Virus record (IMG/VR): IMGVR_UViG_3300031414_000001
Coordinates: 240,437 to 304,436 of that record
From: a virus
Taxonomy: Duplodnaviria; Heunggongvirae; Uroviricota; Caudoviricetes
Direction: 5' to 3' (one strand)
DNA: 64,000 nt
Numbering within the stretch: the first letter of the stretch is position 1; each line of letters starts with the position of its first letter. The notes under the pieces were generated by a model. The model ran no database searches and was not told the DNA's origin. It saw only the letters and a list, made by a program, of their open reading frames with translations. Positions 56,754-64,000 of the stretch are shown piece after piece. A program made the translations under genes and the position numbers.

Positions 56754-57533
56754 TTACTTTACTTCTTCCAGGTACTGACTACGTTCGTAGATCCAGTCCA
56801 TGTAGTGAAGCAGATGGCTACGCTTACGCAGCGTCGGATTAGTACGGATTTCATGAATCGCTTCATCCCAGGTAATGGAAGTGCGGTTCAGTTCAGTCAG
56901 TACATCGCGACAGTAACGTTGACCTGCATCACAAGCACCAGCACGGTTCAACGCACGAGTGCTGATAGTGCGGTTTTTGAAGTCACGCCCGATTTTGCGG
57001 AATTCTTCGGTAGTCAGGTAACGCAGGTTACGAGTAACATCGTTACGAGTTTTCAGAATCGCAAGACCTTCATCCGTGAACATGAAGTGACGGATCGCAG
57101 GGTTGCGAGAACTGATCAACACATCATTGAATTCACGCCAATCCAGAAGTTTGAGTGCTTCAGTAACTGGCACGGCATCTTGCGTACATGCGATTTGAGA
57201 ACCGAAACGACGAGCGGTACGATTGTTACCGAGAATGTCTTTGATCACAGTGTACGGCATCTGAATGTCAGCAAGTACATTCCAGCCATCCTGGTAGTAC
57301 GCAGTTTCCAGAAGTTCAATCCACTGATCAGTACTGAGATTAGTTGGCGTCGCACGGTTGTTTTTGATCAGTGATTTGATGATCGGCTTAGACATTTTGA
57401 ACAGGTAAGTGTTCAGTACTTCAGTGTCTACACCTTCCAGATCACAAATACGAATGGATTTCCATTGTACGTGCGGCAGAAGTGCTTTGTCCAGTGTCAG
57501 AAGTGTTGCGTCTTCAATTTGAAGTTTAATCAT
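56754..57533 (-). CDS. hypothetical soluble protein (259 aa) inserted in the membrane-protein array
   Basis: Long intact ORF; no motif. Confidence 0.5.
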   Translation of the reverse strand: MIKLQIEDATLLTLDKALLPHVQWKSIRICDLEGVDTEVLNTYLFKMSKPIIKSLIKNNRATPTNLSTDQWIELLETAYYQDGWNVLADIQMPYTVIKDILGNNRTARRFGSQIACTQDAVPVTEALKLLDWREFNDVLISSRNPAIRHFMFTDEGLAILKTRNDVTRNLRYLTTEEFRKIGRDFKNRTISTRALNRAGACDAGQRYCRDVLTELNRTSITWDEAIHEIRTNPTLRKRSHLLHYMDWIYERSQYLEEVK

Positions 57534-57559
57534 TTTTCACTACCCTTACGAAGTTAAAG

Positions 57560-57898
57560 TTAACGACCACGTTTAGACCAGAAATACTTCCTGGACGTTT
57601 CGAACCAATTGAAAAGATTGAATGCGACAAACAGAACAATTAAGATCATGTTTATCACGCCTACAATACCATATGCGAAGTTATGTGTAAACTCAGCACT
57701 CCTGGCCTGAGTGACAGCACCTAAGCCCATAATAAAGATCCAGAAGAACCACGCAATAGCATTACAAATTGCGAGAACACCGACGAAATCTTTATTCAGT
57801 TTAAAGTAGTAGTTAGCACCTGTCCAGTACCCGACGAGGGCAACAATCAGAAATGCTAATACTACGAATGCCAGTACTACACAGATTTCAATAAACAT
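57560..57898 (-). CDS. small membrane protein paralog D (112 aa, ...FWSKRGR)
   Basis: WTGANYYFKLNKDF loop, basic tail. Confidence 0.55.
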   Translation of the reverse strand: MFIEICVVLAFVVLAFLIVALVGYWTGANYYFKLNKDFVGVLAICNAIAWFFWIFIMGLGAVTQARSAEFTHNFAYGIVGVINMILIVLFVAFNLFNWFETSRKYFWSKRGR

Positions 57899-58236
57899 TA
57901 CAGTTTACCCCGCTTTTTGCCGAAGTACTCTTTCAGTTCACCGAAACCATAATAACATCCGAAGCAAACAATCACCACGTACATTAGCAATGATACGCCA
58001 GTACACCACATTAAACCGTAGCGAAAGCCTTTCTCGATGCTTTGTTCAACTAAACTGACGAGTGCCATGTTTACCAGGAAACACATCGCCTGAATACCGA
58101 TAGCAAGTTTTAACATTTGCTTCGTATCAGATTCCAGTTTAGTATAATAGTCGGCGTATGTCAAGTTCCCGACGAGATAAATTATTGAGATCGCGACCCA
58201 CACAAACAAGTTGATAGGGGCTAAAATGTCGTACAT
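57898..58236 (-). CDS. small membrane protein paralog E (112 aa, ...FGKKRGKL)
   Basis: LTYADYYTKLESD loop, basic tail. Confidence 0.55.
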   Translation of the reverse strand: MYDILAPINLFVWVAISIIYLVGNLTYADYYTKLESDTKQMLKLAIGIQAMCFLVNMALVSLVEQSIEKGFRYGLMWCTGVSLLMYVVIVCFGCYYGFGELKEYFGKKRGKL

Positions 58237-58238
58237 AG

Positions 58239-58574
58239 TTACACCACCTTATTACGTTTACGTCCGAAATACTGACGAATGCCACCTGAATGACGCACGA
58301 ACAGTACTACAGCACCAATTGTTAATACCCATGAACATACGCAGCTAATACCAACGTACATTTCCCAGGGACTGATTTTTTTTGCGGCATCAGGTAAAGC
58401 AGCAGCGAATATCACGAAGGATATTACAGTGGCTACTAATGAAAGTAGTTTGTAATCACTGATGAAACTATCTGAGAACTTATCATAGTAATCAGCATAA
58501 GTTAAGTAACCAATGTACAGTACTACAACTGACACTAACCAAATGTGTGTGACAATTAATCCATAGAGTTCCAT
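58239..58574 (-). CDS. small membrane protein paralog F (111 aa, ...FGRKRNKVV)
   Basis: LTYADYYDKFSDS loop, basic tail. Confidence 0.55.
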   Translation of the reverse strand: MELYGLIVTHIWLVSVVVLYIGYLTYADYYDKFSDSFISDYKLLSLVATVISFVIFAAALPDAAKKISPWEMYVGISCVCSWVLTIGAVVLFVRHSGGIRQYFGRKRNKVV

Positions 58575-58583
58575 ACAATCCCC

Positions 58584-59372
58584 TTATGATTCTAAGCAGA
58601 CTTTCTCTGCATGTTTTTCCCACTTATTCGGGAACTGAGTATACAAGCCAGCAAGCTGTACTGGCATACGTAATGATGGCATACGAAGCTTATCACTGTT
58701 ACGAAGCATGAAGTCCAGGATCTGGTCAGAACCTTTCTGGTCTACACCAAGACTCTTAACAATGTTAGTAGTACGCATGATGTTTTCAATATGAACCATA
58801 ACACTTTCATTGTCATGAATTTCGAGGTCAATGAACGCACCACGAGTCATAAGAGCACATACATGCGGAGCTAGAGAACTACGACCTTTAGAAATCTTAA
58901 CCAAATCTTTGTTCGTAATGAATACTACTTTACCTTTGAACTCGAATTGAGTAGGAATTCCAGCATCACGAAGTACCTGAGAAGAACTCATGTAAGTAAT
59001 GATACGTTTGTCATCTGACTCCAGAGATGCTTTCAGGAGGTTCAGTTTATCTTCTGTATCGAATACATCAACGTCATCGAGTAACAGTACTGAACCCAAC
59101 TGACGAGCGTTATACAACGCCTGGTATAAACCTAAACCAGTACATTTACCATTCAGATAAAAGTAGTTACAGAAACCTGTATCGTGTGCTTCTTCTAAAC
59201 GCTGAATGACATTGTATGATTTACCAATACCACTCGCACCCGTTACAGTCATGGACTTAATCGGGTTATACGGATTCAGGATACATTCTACCATATCCAT
59301 CATTGCGTCGAAGTTATCTGCGATGCGTAATTTCAGTTTTTCACGATGTAAAGACATTTTGACCTCTCTCAC
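58584..59372 (-). CDS. AAA+/P-loop ATPase (262 aa)
   Basis: Walker A TGASGIGKS; Walker B VLLLDDVD. Confidence 0.65.
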   Translation of the reverse strand: MREVKMSLHREKLKLRIADNFDAMMDMVECILNPYNPIKSMTVTGASGIGKSYNVIQRLEEAHDTGFCNYFYLNGKCTGLGLYQALYNARQLGSVLLLDDVDVFDTEDKLNLLKASLESDDKRIITYMSSSQVLRDAGIPTQFEFKGKVVFITNKDLVKISKGRSSLAPHVCALMTRGAFIDLEIHDNESVMVHIENIMRTTNIVKSLGVDQKGSDQILDFMLRNSDKLRMPSLRMPVQLAGLYTQFPNKWEKHAEKVCLES

Positions 59373-59412
59373 TTAACGCAACCATTATAGCAGACAGAAA
59401 CTGGCGATGCAA

Positions 59413-59422
59413 GGGTAAATAC
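59413..59422 (+). promoter_or_regulatory. GGGTAAATAC motif 23 nt upstream of the tagged gene at 59446
   Basis: caaGGGTAAATACgtaaaaac. Confidence 0.4.
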
Positions 59423-59445
59423 GTAAAAACAAGAGGATTTTTTAC

Positions 59446-60084
59446 ATGCTACCATTTCCACAACTGTTCACATACGGGAACACGATAGAAACAGCACCTG
59501 TTTTTTTAATGACAGACTTTTTAACAACGGCTGATATTAAAGATAAAGGTCCATATTCAATACCAGTAACTAATAATGGTAACATTCCTGTCGGGGCTGA
59601 CGCATACGGAACTTATATGAATTTTACAGGTCTAACAACTCAATGGTTAGAATTTGCTTCAACCAATTTGAATATAGGTGAAGCTGAAATTCGTGTTAAA
59701 CTATCAAACTTCCAATATAGAAACACGATGTATCAAAATGTTATTTTAGATGGTAGACCATATCAAACAAATGGTCCATATTTAAATTTCGCTTATACAT
59801 CAAATGTTACAGCACCATTCCAGGTTTATGCGAACTACAATTCAAGCCAAACATTATATTCTGGAACAATTAATGCTGCTTCATACCCAATAGAAGTTAT
59901 ATTAAAAATCAGAACTACAGGAACTTCTATTTTAATTAATGGTGTTCAAGTTGCTAGTTCTTCTAATACTATTAATTTTGTTAATCAACAATTCAAAGTT
60001 GGGAGAAATGCTTTTATTGCTACTGCTGCTGTTCCATATCTATATGCTAAAGTATATCATTTAGAGATCAGAAAATACCTATAA
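59446..60084 (+). CDS. MLPFPxL-tagged jelly-roll/lectin-like protein (212 aa), orphan copy outside main array
   Basis: Tag MLPFPQLFTYGN; C-terminal LYAKVYHLEIRKYL. Confidence 0.65.
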   Translation: MLPFPQLFTYGNTIETAPVFLMTDFLTTADIKDKGPYSIPVTNNGNIPVGADAYGTYMNFTGLTTQWLEFASTNLNIGEAEIRVKLSNFQYRNTMYQNVILDGRPYQTNGPYLNFAYTSNVTAPFQVYANYNSSQTLYSGTINAASYPIEVILKIRTTGTSILINGVQVASSSNTINFVNQQFKVGRNAFIATAAVPYLYAKVYHLEIRKYL

Positions 60085-60112
60085 AAAAGGGAGCCATCGG
60101 CTCCCTTTTCTT

Positions 60113-61111
60113 TTATGCGATCATTGCTTTGACCGCTTTTACAATCTTCTGCCAGAATGACAGTTCAGCAGGAATCAGGATTGTATGTTGTTCCTGTACT
60201 TTCTGTTGCATTTCTTCAGACTGGCGTTGTGTCGCTGCGATGTTCTCTTTACGAATCTTCTCGCGACGCTCAGCTAATGCTGTTTTACTTAACTCGAATA
60301 CTGAGGATTGAATCTTATTGTGAATCAGATTCAAGAAATCATCAGCAGACATTTTCTTTTTGTTGTACGTCTTGTACACCGAGAAGTTAATGTTTGGGTT
60401 CTGGATACGGTACTTATGCTCACGCTCGATAAGCATTACCACCAGCGAGTTCATCAGTTCATTCCATGCATCCGTATTATAACGGGTAAGCAATGAATCG
60501 CTTGTATAGTTATAACTATTGTTCGGAGCGGAGATGTTACGAACGAACTTACCATTCTTCATATACATCTCGACCAGATGTTTACGCAGGAACGGAGGGA
60601 ACACAGCACCTTTAGCTAAATGCTCAATGTCCTTCATCGACCCCAGGTTCTTCTGGAAATCCAGGTAACAGAAGTTCTGTACCAAAGTACGGGCAGCGTT
60701 ATACGGGTTACGTCCGAATGAGATTTGTTCATCGAACCACGATTTAAACTCACTGTATTCCGCAAACAAATTACCACGAGCGGAGTTACAACGTTCACAG
60801 AGTAAATGCTGATTATCAATTGTATCAGCACCCGCCAGTGATTTCAGAATATCATGATCCATAGTCATGGCAGTTGGTTTCTTCTTATACAACTGAGAAG
60901 ATACTAGTACTAAACCGTTCTGAGGATGAATGGTGAAGTACAGTTTGTCATCACCACAGCAATCACATTTCAATCCATCACGTTTAGCAATGTTGATCAG
61001 CATTAAGTTACCACTGCTGATTTTGATTTGTGAGCGTACTGCTTCAGTGTTATCCAGGACGTACTGAGCTTTTACTTTCACGTTGTTCATGCTATCTGCT
61101 AATGCTTTCAT
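60113..61111 (-). CDS. HNH endonuclease-domain protein (332 aa)
   Basis: CDCCG zinc knuckle then MTMDHDILKSLAGADTIDNQHLLCERCNSARGN (HNH catalytic His/Asn/His and CxxC). C-terminal ~180 aa unassigned. Confidence 0.65.
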   Translation of the reverse strand: MKALADSMNNVKVKAQYVLDNTEAVRSQIKISSGNLMLINIAKRDGLKCDCCGDDKLYFTIHPQNGLVLVSSQLYKKKPTAMTMDHDILKSLAGADTIDNQHLLCERCNSARGNLFAEYSEFKSWFDEQISFGRNPYNAARTLVQNFCYLDFQKNLGSMKDIEHLAKGAVFPPFLRKHLVEMYMKNGKFVRNISAPNNSYNYTSDSLLTRYNTDAWNELMNSLVVMLIEREHKYRIQNPNINFSVYKTYNKKKMSADDFLNLIHNKIQSSVFELSKTALAERREKIRKENIAATQRQSEEMQQKVQEQHTILIPAELSFWQKIVKAVKAMIA

Positions 61112-61150
61112 ATCAATTCTCTCTTAAAATTTACAGGGAGTCTTTCGTTT

Positions 61151-61186
61151 CAGTACAGTCATAATAGCAAAAGGCTCGACGGTCGT
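61151..61186 (-). promoter_or_regulatory. early sigma70 promoter in terminator hairpin (TTGACG-N17-TATTAT, then tgtACTGAAAC)
   Basis: Reverse complement reads aagggcTTGACGaccgtcgagccttttgcTATTATgactgtactgaaacg. Confidence 0.5.
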
Positions 61187-61202
61187 CAAGCCCTTTTTGT
61201 GT

Positions 61203-61547
61203 TTATTGTGGAGTAATTGAGTTTCGGTACTTGATTAGACCTTTAACCACGACAGTTAGGCCGCCGATACCACCGAACATACAAACACACATTAAGAACA
61301 TAAATCCTAATGGCGTTAGTTCATCGGGTTTTAATTTAGTTAGTATCTGAACGAGTAACATAGCGAATGCCATAATCAAATACAGTACTGAGGACAACCG
61401 CATATCAAAGTTATCAGTGAAGTACTTGGACACTAATGTATTACGTTTAAAGAATACAAGTATCCATCCACAACAGATGTAAAGAATAAATGAGCACACA
61501 ACGAATGGTGCTATTACATTTGAAATGTCAATGATATGTTGAAGCAT
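61203..61547 (-). CDS. integral membrane protein (114 aa)
   Basis: Three hydrophobic helices. Confidence 0.5.
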   Translation of the reverse strand: MLQHIIDISNVIAPFVVCSFILYICCGWILVFFKRNTLVSKYFTDNFDMRLSSVLYLIMAFAMLLVQILTKLKPDELTPLGFMFLMCVCMFGGIGGLTVVVKGLIKYRNSITPQ

Positions 61548-61813
61548 TAAGATTCCTCCCCAAATGGAGAACGCAGATTACGATTACGCTCACAGCGTTT
61601 CTTGATACACGCATGAACAATGTTAGTGCTTACCTCAGTGAAAAGATACTCAGCAATCTCTGAACGAGTATAACCCTTTTCGAAAAGGGTATTGAAAGTA
61701 TCTTGTACTGTTTGTGAAAAAGCCCTTGATGCTTCTTCATTAAGCAGAGCACCGTTAGGTTTCAGATCGTTGTTATGGTCTTCCATAGTACTATCCTCAA
61801 TGAAAAAGCCCAA
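61547..61813 (-). CDS. hypothetical protein (88 aa)
   Basis: Intact ORF. Confidence 0.45.
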   Translation of the reverse strand: MGFFIEDSTMEDHNNDLKPNGALLNEEASRAFSQTVQDTFNTLFEKGYTRSEIAEYLFTEVSTNIVHACIKKRCERNRNLRSPFGEES

Positions 61814-61832
61814 CTTAGTTGGGCTTTATTAA

Positions 61833-62219
61833 TTACAGAACCAGGTTTGGATGATTTTGTTTAATCGCAGCCACCACATTATCAATTGACGCTATGTAGT
61901 TTTTTTCACCTTTACGCAGAACAAGGTTCTTTTGTTTCATGCCGATCAGTTCGTAGTGTTCACCACCGAAGTTGATTACCGCACCTACCGCTGAATCTGT
62001 AAGACCGAGTACGACCGTATTAGCACGGAGTTTCGCCATTTCAGAACTATCGCCGCCACTGAATACACCAGAGATTTTCATTTGAAAACCATCGTCAGTG
62101 AAGGTACAGCGACCACGTTCCATTTGAGCCAAGCCATGCTTTTCTACGATCTGTATAAACGCTTTGTTCAGGTCAATAGTGATGGCAGCAATTTTGGCAC
62201 GAATTTCTTCATTAGTCAT
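61833..62219 (-). CDS. hypothetical protein (128 aa)
   Basis: Intact ORF. Confidence 0.45.
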   Translation of the reverse strand: MTNEEIRAKIAAITIDLNKAFIQIVEKHGLAQMERGRCTFTDDGFQMKISGVFSGGDSSEMAKLRANTVVLGLTDSAVGAVINFGGEHYELIGMKQKNLVLRKGEKNYIASIDNVVAAIKQNHPNLVL

Positions 62220-62288
62220 GATACAAACTCCGGTTCAGTTAAGATAGAGCTATCTTACAGGATAGCTCAGGACTCGTCAAGGACTATT

Positions 62289-62723
62289 TTAAAGTAAATC
62301 CAAATAGTACTTTGGTTTAATTGTGTTGGTATACTTATACCATTCTGGTTTCATAACCAGCTTTTCAATAATACGAGCACGAGATAGTTCTATTTCTGAT
62401 TCAGTTGGATTGTAATCATTACAGAACTCATGTGGTATATCATTAATACAGTTAATAGCAGTATTAGTTATATTAATACCACGCCGCAAACATTCTGTAA
62501 CTAAATCTTCATGTCGCATCTTCAGATACAATAACTTGTCATAGAAGAACGTAACATGACCAGTACCGAGAATGTAAGTACTGTTAATTTTGAAAGAGCT
62601 TTTGGTTTTACCATCCTGAACATGTTTACGAACAGCACCAAATACACGTGGTAATTCACGATATTCAGCCATAAGGTGTTGGTCAGCGAGTTCTTTAACA
62701 GGAATTAGATTAATGCGGGTCAT
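62289..62723 (-). CDS. denV: pyrimidine-dimer DNA glycosylase / endonuclease V (T4 DenV family)
   Basis: Near-identity stretches to T4 endonuclease V: [46 protein letters not shown]-like C-terminus. Confidence 0.9.
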   Translation of the reverse strand: MTRINLIPVKELADQHLMAEYRELPRVFGAVRKHVQDGKTKSSFKINSTYILGTGHVTFFYDKLLYLKMRHEDLVTECLRRGINITNTAINCINDIPHEFCNDYNPTESEIELSRARIIEKLVMKPEWYKYTNTIKPKYYLDLL

Positions 62724-62795
62724 TACTTATTCTCATTTAATTTCAACAAGGCTATAATAGCAAAAAAGGCTGACTCTCGTCAACCTCTTTTTTTG

Positions 62796-63068
62796 TTACT
62801 GCTCACGTTTTACATCATTTAATTTTGGCATTTCTTGCACAACAGTAAATGAATGGAGTGGTTTTTTTCTGTCTTGTGTACTATAAACTTTTCCAACATT
62901 GCGTTCAAAGATTATCATCAGTGTGTTATCTTGGCTCACAAAAATTCTATGTTCATCAGTACTGAAAGATTTTACAAAATGAAACCCTTGAGATTTAAGC
63001 AAATCAGCAAGGTCTGACATTTTAACAGTATTCCATTTTTTAATAACATTCATGTCCGAACGAATCAT
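62796..63068 (-). CDS. hypothetical protein (90 aa)
   Basis: Intact ORF. Confidence 0.4.
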   Translation of the reverse strand: MIRSDMNVIKKWNTVKMSDLADLLKSQGFHFVKSFSTDEHRIFVSQDNTLMIIFERNVGKVYSTQDRKKPLHSFTVVQEMPKLNDVKREQ

Positions 63069-63240
63069 AATTAATATCCTTATTAATTTGTTTTCTGTAT
63101 GTTATTTATTATCCAGACAAATGTTAACCAGTGCTGGCACAGATACTGCCTGATTATCGTGCATATCCACTAGATCAAAAATGTTCTGAGAACAGTAATG
63201 AATAGCATTACCAATATCAGTCCCTTGTTCTTTGAGTTCG

Positions 63241-63441
63241 TTAAGACGTTTGATTATCATCTGGTAGATCATTCTTCTTTCCTTTAGTACTTGGCTCGAT
63301 TAAACCATTAGCACAATCAATAATGAACTGACGTTTTTCTTCTCTGCTTAAACCATGTGGCATTTCAAAGAAATCATCTTCTTCTAATATGCGATTCAAT
63401 TCATTGAATGTTTCTTTGCTAAACATTTTTAAGCTTCCCAA
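63241..63441 (-). CDS. hypothetical small protein (66 aa)
   Basis: Intact ORF. Confidence 0.35.
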   Translation of the reverse strand: MGSLKMFSKETFNELNRILEEDDFFEMPHGLSREEKRQFIIDCANGLIEPSTKGKKNDLPDDNQTS

Positions 63442-63685
63442 TAATATCGTAGTACTCTAAATTAATAAGGTACAACAAGTAATCATAGTACTTGATTTCG
63501 TCGTCATACCTGGAACGTACTTTGGCTTTATCAGCTTCAGTTTTAGAATTACGAAGTTCTTTATTACGAGTCTTCTGTAGTAATTCTAATTTATCCTTTA
63601 GCTGTTTGATAGTACTGTTAACCTCATGGCGTGTAGTCCATGAAGCTTTGTACTTATTCATCGCCGCAATTACGCTCCGTTTCAT
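63419..63685 (-). CDS. hypothetical basic protein (88 aa)
   Basis: Intact ORF. Confidence 0.4.
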   Translation of the reverse strand: MKRSVIAAMNKYKASWTTRHEVNSTIKQLKDKLELLQKTRNKELRNSKTEADKAKVRSRYDDEIKYYDYLLYLINLEYYDIIGKLKNV

Positions 63686-63869
63686 AACATTTCACCTTAG
63701 ATACGTATTTCATTTTATAGTACAGGTTATCTAAACGTACAGTATAGATAGCATCGGCAATTAAATCGTCAACTTCCCGTTCTGTTTCAGCCCGGATCAC
63801 GATGGGAATTTCTTCATACACATCTTCACCGAACTTTAAACCTTTTAGAAGTACATTGTATACTAACAT
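63654..63869 (-). CDS. hypothetical small protein (71 aa)
   Basis: Intact ORF. Confidence 0.35.
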   Translation of the reverse strand: MLVYNVLLKGLKFGEDVYEEIPIVIRAETEREVDDLIADAIYTVRLDNLYYKMKYVSKVKCYETERNCGDE

Positions 63870-64000
63870 AAAATGTTATCCTCTGTCAAGCAGATTCTTT
63901 TGCGAAATAGTTTTTAACTAGCATGAATAGATACCAGTATGATCCTATCACAAGTGCGACATTGATACAAGCGTCCAGATCAACGCTCTTGATGAAAATC

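Noticed and set aside
41472-60084. Interpreting the MLPFPQL tag as a T4-style capsid-targeting sequence cleaved by the prohead protease
   Set aside because: The T4 protease cleaves after L/I-x-E. The tag contains no Glu, so direct equivalence is not supported. Only the architectural analogy of a shared N-terminal peptide is retained.
62250-62285. Possible terminator hairpin at ctcaggactcgtcaaggactatttt
   Set aside because: The two GGACT blocks are a direct repeat, not complementary, unlike the true hairpin at 55268-55295 (AGUCC-gucaa-GGACU).
1-64000. CRISPR arrays, integrase/attachment sites, rRNA
   Set aside because: The only regular repeats are short iterons and promoter or leader modules. 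There are no spacer-repeat arrays, no integrase or recombinase ORF, and no rRNA-like sequence.

Overview
This window looks like an AT-rich (about 37-40% GC) region of a large virulent dsDNA phage. Gene content is distantly T4-like: it has clear homologs of T4 polynucleotide kinase/phosphatase (1584..2510), RNA ligase 1 (3225..4373) and endonuclease V DenV (62289..62723). Gene order and most other genes are not T4-like. An enterobacterial host is suggested by a close homolog of the E. coli lipoprotein YgiB (54208..54867), consensus sigma70 promoters and AAGGAG-type ribosome-binding sites.

Layout:
(i) 1-39.4 kb is a densely packed minus-strand sea of small early genes. Nearly every gene unit is preceded by a terminator hairpin that physically contains the -35 TTGACA of a sigma70 promoter (TTGACA-N17-TATACT, followed by the +1 motif cAGTACTGAAAC). 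Many of these units carry a conserved ~150-nt 5' leader holding two palindromes, AATTTATAAATT and CCCTATAGGG.
(ii) 39.4-41.5 kb is an ORF-free control region with an iteron-like array, a palindromic composite element, a dense AGTACTG cluster and a 23-codon ORF with a perfect ribosome-binding site.
(iii) 41.5-53.7 kb and 59.4-60.1 kb carry 12 plus-strand paralogs that all start with the same 12-residue N-terminal tag, MLPFPQLVxYGN. The tag is fused to RCC1-like and Kelch-like beta-propellers or to ConA/LamG-like lectin jelly-rolls. They are translationally coupled and preceded by a GGGTAAATAC late-promoter-like motif.
(iv) 53.7-64 kb is minus-strand again. It holds the YgiB-like lipoprotein, a run of six or more paralogous small membrane proteins with (F/W)xKKRGK C-termini, an AAA+ ATPase, an HNH endonuclease and denV.

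Two further tandem families stand out: 11 consecutive ~200-aa early paralogs (16139..22707) that share an EEYFFQxLT motif, and the membrane family above. The hexamer AGTACT appears roughly tenfold over-represented across the window. No tRNA, rRNA or CRISPR array could be supported.
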